Shown: in pieces, positions 56,492 to 64,000 of the stretch | Position numbering within the stretch: the stretch's first letter is position 1 | How the letters are laid out: each line of letters opens with the position of its first letter | Source: Promethearchaeota archaeon | GTDB taxonomy: Archaea > Asgardarchaeota > Lokiarchaeia > Sigyniarchaeales > SOKP01 | DNA length: 64,000 bases | Assembly (NCBI GenBank): GCA_048937405.1 | Contig: JBHLNF010000001.1 | Coordinates: 720,785 to 784,784, forward strand | Reading direction: 5' to 3' | Program-made: the position numbers and the translations under genes | The notes under the pieces: generated by a model | What the model saw: only the letters and a program-made list of their open reading frames with translations | The model's database searches: none | Told to the model about the DNA's origin: nothing

Positions 56492-57349
56492 TTACTTGAG
56501 CTGTTCATAATTATTTGCAATTACTAAAATAAGAAGTGCAAGTAATATTAGCAATGGGGGCATTATTGCTCTTACATGAGGTAAAGTAGCTACATCCAGA
56601 GCACCTTGTAATACTCTTCCTCCACCAAAATAAAGAACAAACCCAATAGCATTTAAAGCATACGATCTTCTTAACACTCCAAATGTTTTCCAAGCTAAAT
56701 ATAAAAAGATAAAAGGAATTAAGACAAGGAACAATGGCATAAAAATAAAATTTAATAGAAATCTTCCAAGAGGATATTCCCATGAACCAAATCTTATCAG
56801 AACTAACTCAACACTAATACCTGGATATTCCGTTTCAAAATCAGGATCCATAAATAAGCCATCTGGCAATGTTAAAGCTAAAATTCCTATAATAACTGGA
56901 AGCGCAAATAATCCCACTCGAATAATTAATTCTATATTTTTCCTGTCCTTAAACCATTCTATAAATGATTTTTTTCTTTTATTTACCTCTTGTGTTTCAG
57001 GTGGAAATAAGAGAATTCCTAAAACACCGACCATACATGCTACCCCTATCCAAGTAAAAAATGTAGCAAGACGAAAATTTAGCATTAAAAAATTGACTAC
57101 ATCTGTACTATTCGTTCCATCATATAATTCTGGACCGAAAAAATAATAAACTATGAAAAATATTCTAGCTATACCAAAACAAAGAAAAAACAAACTAAAA
57201 AATAACCAATAAAACTTCCTAGAAGTTCTATATCTCATAAATAGGAAATAGAAAAATAAGAGAAAAAAATAGCCAACTATAACAAAGTAAAAGCCCATTT
57301 CAAGGGCATCCCAAAATCCAAAATATTGAAAAATATCTTGAAACAACAT
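56492..57349 (-). CDS. Seven-TM membrane protein of unknown function
   Basis: Seven hydrophobic segments and no soluble output domain. Confidence 0.75.
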   Translation of the reverse strand: MLFQDIFQYFGFWDALEMGFYFVIVGYFFLLFFYFLFMRYRTSRKFYWLFFSLFFLCFGIARIFFIVYYFFGPELYDGTNSTDVVNFLMLNFRLATFFTWIGVACMVGVLGILLFPPETQEVNKRKKSFIEWFKDRKNIELIIRVGLFALPVIIGILALTLPDGLFMDPDFETEYPGISVELVLIRFGSWEYPLGRFLLNFIFMPLFLVLIPFIFLYLAWKTFGVLRRSYALNAIGFVLYFGGGRVLQGALDVATLPHVRAIMPPLLILLALLILVIANNYEQLK

Positions 57350-57475
57350 GATGAGTCAATTTTTTTTAAACTTTTAAGAAATAATAATATTATTATATTT
57401 CTCTTTTAAAAATTTATTTTAATTTTTTATTAAATTCTTAAAATACAAATAGAATCAAAGACTTTTTAAAACCAT

Positions 57476-58969
57476 ATGAAGATTGAAGATAACATAGAAA
57501 CCTTTAATTCATTGCTTAAGAGAAGAGGATTTATATGGGGACCTTCTCCAGAAATTTATGGAGGATTTGCAGGTTTTTATTCTTATGGTCCAGCAGGGAT
57601 GGCTCTTAAAAATAATGTTTTAGATATTTTTAGGAGAGAATGTCGTTATTTTGGATTTGGAGAGGTTGAATGTCCAACAATTATGCCTAGTATTGTTTGG
57701 GAAGCGTCAGGACACTTAGAAAGATTTATTGATCCTGTAATAAGATGTGACGAGTGTAAAACAATCTATAGGGCGGATAAATTTCTTCAAGAAAAAATAC
57801 CAGATCATGTAAGAGATGGATTATCATTTAAAGAAATGGAAGATTTAATTGAGCAATTTAATCTAACTTGCCCAAAATGTGATAAACCATTTGAAAGAAT
57901 AGAAGAATATAACTTAATGTTACAAACTTCTGTAGGAAATAACATAATTGCTTATTTACGTCCAGAGACAGCTACAACTACTTACTTATTATTTAATCGA
58001 TTAAATCAAGATGCTCGACGGCAATATCCAATTAAAATTTTCCAATTTGGTAAAGCTTATCGTAATGAAATTTCACCACGACAAGGAGTTCTCAGAATGA
58101 GAGCTTTTGATCAATTTGAACTTCAAATTTTTATAAGTAAGGAATTAGAAATGCACTTTGAAGAATTTAATGAAATTAAAGAAGAAAAATTACCCCTTTT
58201 AGATTGGAAATTACAAGAAAAAAATAATAGCAAAATAAATTTAATAACACTTGATAATGCAATAAAAAAAGGAATTCTTAAAAAACCAGCTTATGCCTAT
58301 TGTCTTTATATTGGATATCACTTGACCAGAATTTTAGGTATTCCAGAACCATTGATACGATTTAGACAACATTCCCCAAATGAACGTGCTCATTATGCAG
58401 ATGATGCATGGGATTTAGAAATTAATACAAGACAATTTGGGTGGGTAGAAATTTGTGGGATACATGATAGGACTGATTATGATTTAAAAAAACATGCTGA
58501 ATACTCAAAACAAAATTTCGAAATTAGCATGGGTTCTAATCCAAAAATTAAAGAGGTTCCACAAGTTCTTGAAATTGCGTTTGGAATTGATAGAATAATA
58601 TATACTTTACTAGAAACTAATTTTACAATAGATCAAGGAAGAATTATTTTAAAGATAGATCATAAATTGGCTCCAAATACTGTATCTGTTTTTCCCCTTG
58701 TTAAAAATAAAGAAAATATAAAAAATTTAGCATTAAATATTCATCGAGATTTATTAGAAAATCGTATTAATTCATTTTTTGACGCAGCGGGTTCTATAGG
58801 AAAAAGATATAGAAGACAAGATGAATTAGGGACAAAATGGTGTATAACTATAGATTATGAATCATTGGATAATAATACAGTAACCATCAGAGAACGTGAT
58901 TCAATGGAGCAATCAAGAGTAAACATCTCAGATCTTGCTAATATTATAAAAAAAAAGCAAGAAAAGTAA
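57476..58969 (+). CDS. glyS: Glycyl-tRNA synthetase (alpha2, archaeal/eukaryotic type)
   Basis: RRGF, EIYGG, ASGH, YLRPETA, RNEISPRQG, AHYA, FGIDR, SIGKRYRRQDELGT. Confidence 0.96.
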   Translation: MKIEDNIETFNSLLKRRGFIWGPSPEIYGGFAGFYSYGPAGMALKNNVLDIFRRECRYFGFGEVECPTIMPSIVWEASGHLERFIDPVIRCDECKTIYRADKFLQEKIPDHVRDGLSFKEMEDLIEQFNLTCPKCDKPFERIEEYNLMLQTSVGNNIIAYLRPETATTTYLLFNRLNQDARRQYPIKIFQFGKAYRNEISPRQGVLRMRAFDQFELQIFISKELEMHFEEFNEIKEEKLPLLDWKLQEKNNSKINLITLDNAIKKGILKKPAYAYCLYIGYHLTRILGIPEPLIRFRQHSPNERAHYADDAWDLEINTRQFGWVEICGIHDRTDYDLKKHAEYSKQNFEISMGSNPKIKEVPQVLEIAFGIDRIIYTLLETNFTIDQGRIILKIDHKLAPNTVSVFPLVKNKENIKNLALNIHRDLLENRINSFFDAAGSIGKRYRRQDELGTKWCITIDYESLDNNTVTIRERDSMEQSRVNISDLANIIKKKQEK

Positions 58970-59105
58970 ACACTTATACTTTTGCTAAATATTATGATCT
59001 ATTCTATATGTTCAGAAAAAATTTTAAAGAGAAGGATTTTTTACAAATATAATTCAAAAAGTAAACATTGGGAAATACTTATTTAGTAGCTCTAAGAGAA
59101 TAAAA

Positions 59106-61910
59106 ATGAGTTTTTTGTATTTTTTTACCAGTGGAAAAAGAAATAAGCAGAAAAATCAAGGCTTAAAGACCCTTGTATGCATATTCTTAGTATCAATAAT
59201 TCTCTTAAGTTTTGTATATATTAAAAAAAATAATTTTAGTGTTGGATCTTCTGAAGATTCATTCAATAACAATAATAAAGATTCTGATAAGAGATTTAAC
59301 AATTTACAAACAACATCTATAACTTCCATGCTTACAGATCCATTTACTAATAATTTTGAACAGTTACGTGACTTTTTTGAGATCAATTATCAATCCAGTT
59401 TAGATTTTGATATACCTGTCTATTTTAGAGAAGGTGATAATAAAGGTGATATTACTAATGATACAATTTTCTCAGAAGACCAATTGTTATACTACAATTC
59501 ATTAATGAAAATGGAATTAAATGATCTTGAAACATTTAATTTATATTTAGAGTTGAAAAACACTACTTTATGGCAAGATAATAAAACAAATGAATTTGAC
59601 TATGGTTTTGTTCAATCTATCAATGGTACAACTGGACAAATTTATAAAGATGAGAGATATCTTATTGATAATGTATTGCCAATTTTTTTATTAATTGAGA
59701 ATATTGGGGCGGATATTAGGACTATCTCTATAAATGGAGAAAAACCAACAAAATTTATTGATGAAATGTTCTTATTAATAAATTCCTCAGAATTTTGGGA
59801 TGAACAACCAACTTATAATGGATTTTTCAATTCTAATTCTTCAAGTAAAAAATATACAGAAAGTAACTTATATGCTATACTAGCAAATCTCTTAATTCAT
59901 CGAACTTATTATGATATTGGTATAAATCCAATGATAAGGGATAAATCGATAAGGGATAGAGCAATGGAATTAGCAAATCTCACAATGATAGATTTAGTAG
60001 ATGAAATGTGGGATACGGATGATTATGGTTTTTGGTATAATGCGGATGAAAACTGGACAATAACAGGATTGGGGGATAATTTACATTTAAGTACTAATGC
60101 TCTTGGAATAATTACTTTATTAGAGTTTTGGATAGCCTCAGGGATGCAAAATGATTCTAATTACCTGCAAATGGCCAAAGATCTATATAAAAGTATAAAC
60201 GCCATTTTATATAATTCTACATATAACCTTTATATGAATGTTGCCCAACCAGATTGGATTGATGTATATGATGATCATATTTACCTCGATAGTAATGCAA
60301 TGATGATGAGAGCTTGTTTGAAATTATTTGAGGTTTCAGGAAATATTTCCTATTATGACAGAGCTATAAATATTTCAAAATCTATAGAATCTAATCTATA
60401 TGATTCAAGTTATAACGCATATAATTCATCAATATCTGATATTGATAAATCTTTTAATTCCAATCTAAAGTTAAGCAACGCATATTTAGATGCTTTTGAA
60501 ATTTATAATAGTACAATCTTAAATTGTAAATATAATATATCAGCAGAAGTACCAGATTTTATTTTCAATCAAGATATTATGAATTTGACATCAATTTATT
60601 CATTCAAAAAGAGTGGAAAATATTTTAATTCAAGTGAACAATCTTATATTCCTTTTACAGTTAAATATGACATTTCCAATGCGAATGTTAGTTATATAAT
60701 TAAAAAACCAGATAATTCTTTTCTTAAGGAAGGTAATCTTAAAATTAACAGAACAACTGCCTCGTATTCTCTCATTTATCCAATTAAAGAAGATTTACCC
60801 TTAGAAGATGGATATTATATCTATATATGGGCCAATACATCATACTTTAAATTGACGAACTCAACAATGTGTTTTAATGTAATATCTGGATTAATTAATA
60901 AATCAATGGAAGGATTAGTAAGTAAATTAATTCAAGGGGCAGTAATAAATGTGTCCTTATTGGTCAATTCTATACGTTCTGAGGATATAATTTTAACAGC
61001 TTCTTTAGAAGGAGATCAATTACTTGAATATCCTTCTCAGCAAATAAATTTTACAGCTTCTGAAGACACTCGGATAAATTTTAATCTTACTGCTAAACCT
61101 GATGCTACACCCGGGGATAGTGATATTTATTTTAGAATTAAAAAAGATGATGTAATTTATTTGGAGATCAAAAAATCAATAGAAATTGGATATCCTTTTG
61201 AGTATAGTAATCTAATATATCAAGGTAAAGTAGTTAGTGGTGATTCGATAAGTGTATCTATGAATATAAAGAACAATCTCCCTGATACAACTCAAAACTT
61301 AAATATAAGTTTCAGTGGAATTGGAGATGGTTTCATTGAAGATTTCATTCAAGAAGAAATATTAGAAGGAGATGAAATAAAAACAGTCTCCTATTCTTTA
61401 GAATCAGTAGATAATATTTATAATGAGACAATTAGTATTAAAATGAGCATTTTAGTATATAACACAGAATTTTATTCTGAATCTTTCAGGGTAGAAATCA
61501 TCCCAAAATTTGAATTAATCAGTGTTTCATTTCCAGAAAAAGTACCTCAAGGAGCTCCCGCTTATTTGATACTTATACTTAAAAATAATCAAGAAAATTC
61601 TGAAGAATTTTCTTTAAATTTAAATGGAAAACCAATATCAACAAATTTAAAAGAGCTAAGTACGGGAGAAAATAGAATTGTCGCAAAAATAGTACCAAGT
61701 ATAAATCCCTATGAATTTGGGTCAAAAAATTACAGATTTGTTTTAAGAGATGGTTCCAATAATGAGATTGAAAGATTTTATTTTAAAACTAGTTTGGAAC
61801 TCTCTGTTTTGAATTTAGTTCTATTCTATATCTTACCAATTATAGTTCCTATAGGGTTAGTATTATTTTTTAAGAATAGAGATATAAAGCATAAGAAATT
61901 AATAAGATGA
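59106..61910 (+). CDS. Large membrane-anchored surface protein: (alpha/alpha)6-barrel-like region, Ig-like domains, C-terminal TM
   Basis: N-terminal signal/TM, repeats such as YLQMAKDLY and YYDRAINIS, a beta-rich C-terminal half, many N-x-S/T sequons, and a C-terminal TM with a basic tail. Confidence 0.7.
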   Translation: MSFLYFFTSGKRNKQKNQGLKTLVCIFLVSIILLSFVYIKKNNFSVGSSEDSFNNNNKDSDKRFNNLQTTSITSMLTDPFTNNFEQLRDFFEINYQSSLDFDIPVYFREGDNKGDITNDTIFSEDQLLYYNSLMKMELNDLETFNLYLELKNTTLWQDNKTNEFDYGFVQSINGTTGQIYKDERYLIDNVLPIFLLIENIGADIRTISINGEKPTKFIDEMFLLINSSEFWDEQPTYNGFFNSNSSSKKYTESNLYAILANLLIHRTYYDIGINPMIRDKSIRDRAMELANLTMIDLVDEMWDTDDYGFWYNADENWTITGLGDNLHLSTNALGIITLLEFWIASGMQNDSNYLQMAKDLYKSINAILYNSTYNLYMNVAQPDWIDVYDDHIYLDSNAMMMRACLKLFEVSGNISYYDRAINISKSIESNLYDSSYNAYNSSISDIDKSFNSNLKLSNAYLDAFEIYNSTILNCKYNISAEVPDFIFNQDIMNLTSIYSFKKSGKYFNSSEQSYIPFTVKYDISNANVSYIIKKPDNSFLKEGNLKINRTTASYSLIYPIKEDLPLEDGYYIYIWANTSYFKLTNSTMCFNVISGLINKSMEGLVSKLIQGAVINVSLLVNSIRSEDIILTASLEGDQLLEYPSQQINFTASEDTRINFNLTAKPDATPGDSDIYFRIKKDDVIYLEIKKSIEIGYPFEYSNLIYQGKVVSGDSISVSMNIKNNLPDTTQNLNISFSGIGDGFIEDFIQEEILEGDEIKTVSYSLESVDNIYNETISIKMSILVYNTEFYSESFRVEIIPKFELISVSFPEKVPQGAPAYLILILKNNQENSEEFSLNLNGKPISTNLKELSTGENRIVAKIVPSINPYEFGSKNYRFVLRDGSNNEIERFYFKTSLELSVLNLVLFYILPIIVPIGLVLFFKNRDIKHKKLIR

Positions 61911-61917
61911 GATCCTA

Positions 61918-63633
61918 TTGATAAAGAAACGAAACCAAATTTTAGTCATTTTTTCATTAATTTTTCTTGGATTTAGTTTACATTCAATGCTTTTTTCTGT
62001 AAATAATTTTCAAACATTTGATGAAGAGAAATATGAACTAGAAGAAGGTATTGATCCCAAAATGTCAACAACTCCCCTAAAATATTCTGATATACATCGA
62101 AATGCCTCTAAAATATATCGATTATTTGAATCAGTAAATTTTACAATCAATACAACAAATGTTTCTCCTTATGCTAATTATGCACTTATGGAGATAAAAT
62201 TTCCCAATAGTACTATTAGAAATTATAATATGACTTCTATGGGTAATGGAAATTTTACATATGAATTCAAACCACATTATAATACTCCGCTTGGATTTCA
62301 TAACGTCAGTTTTTTAATCTACAATGATACTAATGTTCTATTGAATAATCACACAACTTATTCAAACTTCACAATTGATTCGAATTGCAATGCGGTCTTT
62401 AAATTGAATAATGAACCTAGTCTTGAATACCATATTAACGAAACACTAATAGCAGAAGTGGATGTAGATAATTTCAAAAGTTATGAATTTGAATGGGATC
62501 TTACGATTGTTGATAGTATGGATGAAGCTACGCAAAATAAATTATTAAATCTTCAAAGTAATGTCAATTATTTATCATTTCTAATTGAAAATGAGACTTT
62601 CCAACAATTAAATACTATATATTATTTAGAAGTAAATATGACTGATACTACTCTTGAAAAAAATGCAGCAGCTTATTTTCCTTTTTACGTTAAAAATTCT
62701 AATCCAAGAATTACTTCCGAGATTATTCTTTCTCCACAGGAAATTTTCAGAACAGAGGCTTTTACAATTTTAGTAAATGTTACAGACCTTGAAACTGCTA
62801 ATGATGATCTCACTGTTTCTGCAGATGTTTACGATTCTAAGGGTACTCTTGTTTCTAGCCGAGAATTGAACTATATAGGGAATGAGACTTTTACAACTTC
62901 AATTTCGATTTCTTCAAGCAATCCAATGGGGAGCTATAAAGTTGAAGTTACAGCTGAGGATGAAAATGATGGAAGTGATTCAAAATTGGCTTATCTGGAA
63001 GTTAAAAATAATTATCCTGAAATACATAGTTATCAGATCAATGGAATGTCAATGAATAAGAGTATTTCTGTTTTTTATGGTAAAAATCTTGTATTTAAAT
63101 TCAATGTATCAGACGATGTGGGTGTTTATGCTGTTACGGTTGCTCTTTTAAACGAACATGATGAATGGTATAACATCACAAGAGAATATATCGGAGAAGA
63201 AACAGAAATTACCATCAGAACACAAGATTTAATAAGTGGATTATGGTTAGTTTATATTTATGTGATAGATACTGATGGAGCAGTTACAAGTCTTATTGAT
63301 GATTATAATATGGCCCCTCAAGGAATAAGAATTATTCCAGATGTTATAAGTAATTATATCCCATGGATTATTTTATTTACTGGAATGAGTATAGGAGTGT
63401 TAATTGGCATTGGGATAGTATACAAATATTTTAAAACGAAATTTATTGGACAAAAACCAATATCTGCTGATAAAAAGACAATTAAATCTAAGAAATCGGT
63501 TAAACAGAAAAAGTTAAAAACCAAATTAGCCGATGAAGGATTTAAGGAAAAGGAAGTTGAAAAAAAAACGGATAAAAAGGAAGAGGAACAAGAGGAGGAA
63601 GTAACTACACGAAAAATAAAAAGAAAATTATAA
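61918..63633 (+). CDS. Membrane-anchored surface protein with Ig-like repeats and a charged cytoplasmic tail
   Basis: Signal peptide, NxxPxI/VxD Ig-like repeats, N-x-S/T sequons, a TM, and a K/E-rich tail. TTG start. Confidence 0.72.
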   Translation: MIKKRNQILVIFSLIFLGFSLHSMLFSVNNFQTFDEEKYELEEGIDPKMSTTPLKYSDIHRNASKIYRLFESVNFTINTTNVSPYANYALMEIKFPNSTIRNYNMTSMGNGNFTYEFKPHYNTPLGFHNVSFLIYNDTNVLLNNHTTYSNFTIDSNCNAVFKLNNEPSLEYHINETLIAEVDVDNFKSYEFEWDLTIVDSMDEATQNKLLNLQSNVNYLSFLIENETFQQLNTIYYLEVNMTDTTLEKNAAAYFPFYVKNSNPRITSEIILSPQEIFRTEAFTILVNVTDLETANDDLTVSADVYDSKGTLVSSRELNYIGNETFTTSISISSSNPMGSYKVEVTAEDENDGSDSKLAYLEVKNNYPEIHSYQINGMSMNKSISVFYGKNLVFKFNVSDDVGVYAVTVALLNEHDEWYNITREYIGEETEITIRTQDLISGLWLVYIYVIDTDGAVTSLIDDYNMAPQGIRIIPDVISNYIPWIILFTGMSIGVLIGIGIVYKYFKTKFIGQKPISADKKTIKSKKSVKQKKLKTKLADEGFKEKEVEKKTDKKEEEQEEEVTTRKIKRKL

Positions 63634-63681
63634 TTAAAGAAAAAATTTCATTCTTTTTACTTACTTAATAATTTTACATTT

Positions 63682-64000
63682 TTAGCTTAGAATATCATTT
63701 AATTTATATTGAAATTTACCAAGATTTCCTCCATAATTACCTGCAGATATACGATTTATGCCTTGAACTTTAACTGCTGCTTCAATTCCCAATTTCATTG
63801 CATTTCTAATTGCTTCTTCTGTAGCACCATCAAGAACAATTTCATAAACGCAATTATCTTCCTCTTTTAATTCTGAATCTTCTATTCTGGATTTTAAAGT
63901 TGGACAATATTTTTCATTAGTAGAAGCTCGCATAAAATTATACTTAGATCCAACTTTTGATCCTGATCTTACAATACCACCTGGAAAGGGTGCAATTACA
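63682..64000 (-). CDS. ftr: Formylmethanofuran:tetrahydromethanopterin formyltransferase, 3' part (5' end outside the window)
   Basis: The frame is open to the window edge: [30 protein letters not shown]...VYEIVLDG...[11 protein letters not shown]. Confidence 0.93.
   Translation of the reverse strand, partial: VIAPFPGGIVRSGSKVGSKYNFMRASTNEKYCPTLKSRIEDSELKEEDNCVYEIVLDGATEEAIRNAMKLGIEAAVKVQGINRISAGNYGGNLGKFQYKLNDILS

Noticed and set aside
15328-59386. Other short ORFs nested antisense or out of frame within long genes (e.g. 15564..15953, 19530..19877, 23250..23639, 32290..32574)
   Set aside because: They lie fully inside well-supported CDSs and show no motifs.
1-64000. CRISPR arrays, tRNA/rRNA genes, IS elements, Sec/Pyl read-through
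   Set aside because: By eye, I found no regularly spaced repeats, GC-rich structured RNA blocks, transposase ORFs or interrupted conserved genes. tRNAscan/Infernal were not run.

Overview
Very AT-rich archaeal chromosome segment. The gene content and style point to Lokiarchaeia/Promethearchaeota (Asgard): Ftr, an alpha2-type GlyRS, longin, V4R, TPR and LRR-TIR proteins, GGTGA-type Shine-Dalgarno sites, and many TTG starts. The assignment is inferred from these traits, not from a database search. From left to right the window holds: (1) a small defence-like block (N6-adenine MTase fused to a TRD, an Sm-like gene, two paralogous LRR-TIR-coiled-coil genes); (2) a his operon, hisIE-G-D-C-B-H-(A::F fusion); (3) Asgard-type longin and V4R proteins; (4) argH followed by an argJ-B-D-C-G operon ending in a stand-alone Lrp/AsnC ligand-binding gene; (5) a large acyl-CoA/lipid catabolic region (Ltp3/Ltp4-like and other Cys-less thiolases with DUF35 partners, enoyl-CoA hydratase, FadH-like reductase, ACAD, GlpD); (6) housekeeping, TPR, membrane and surface proteins, glyS, and the 3' end of ftr. 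Main discovery: both amino-acid operons are preceded by short unannotated leader ORFs rich in the cognate amino acid (his: ...YLHHWLHHE*; arg: ...ALRNLYSARRRL*, using only CGY codons). In each case a long hairpin starts at or just after the leader stop codon and buries a U-rich tract. This suggests ribosome-mediated attenuation adapted to archaeal U-tract termination. No rRNA, tRNA, CRISPR array or IS element was recognised.
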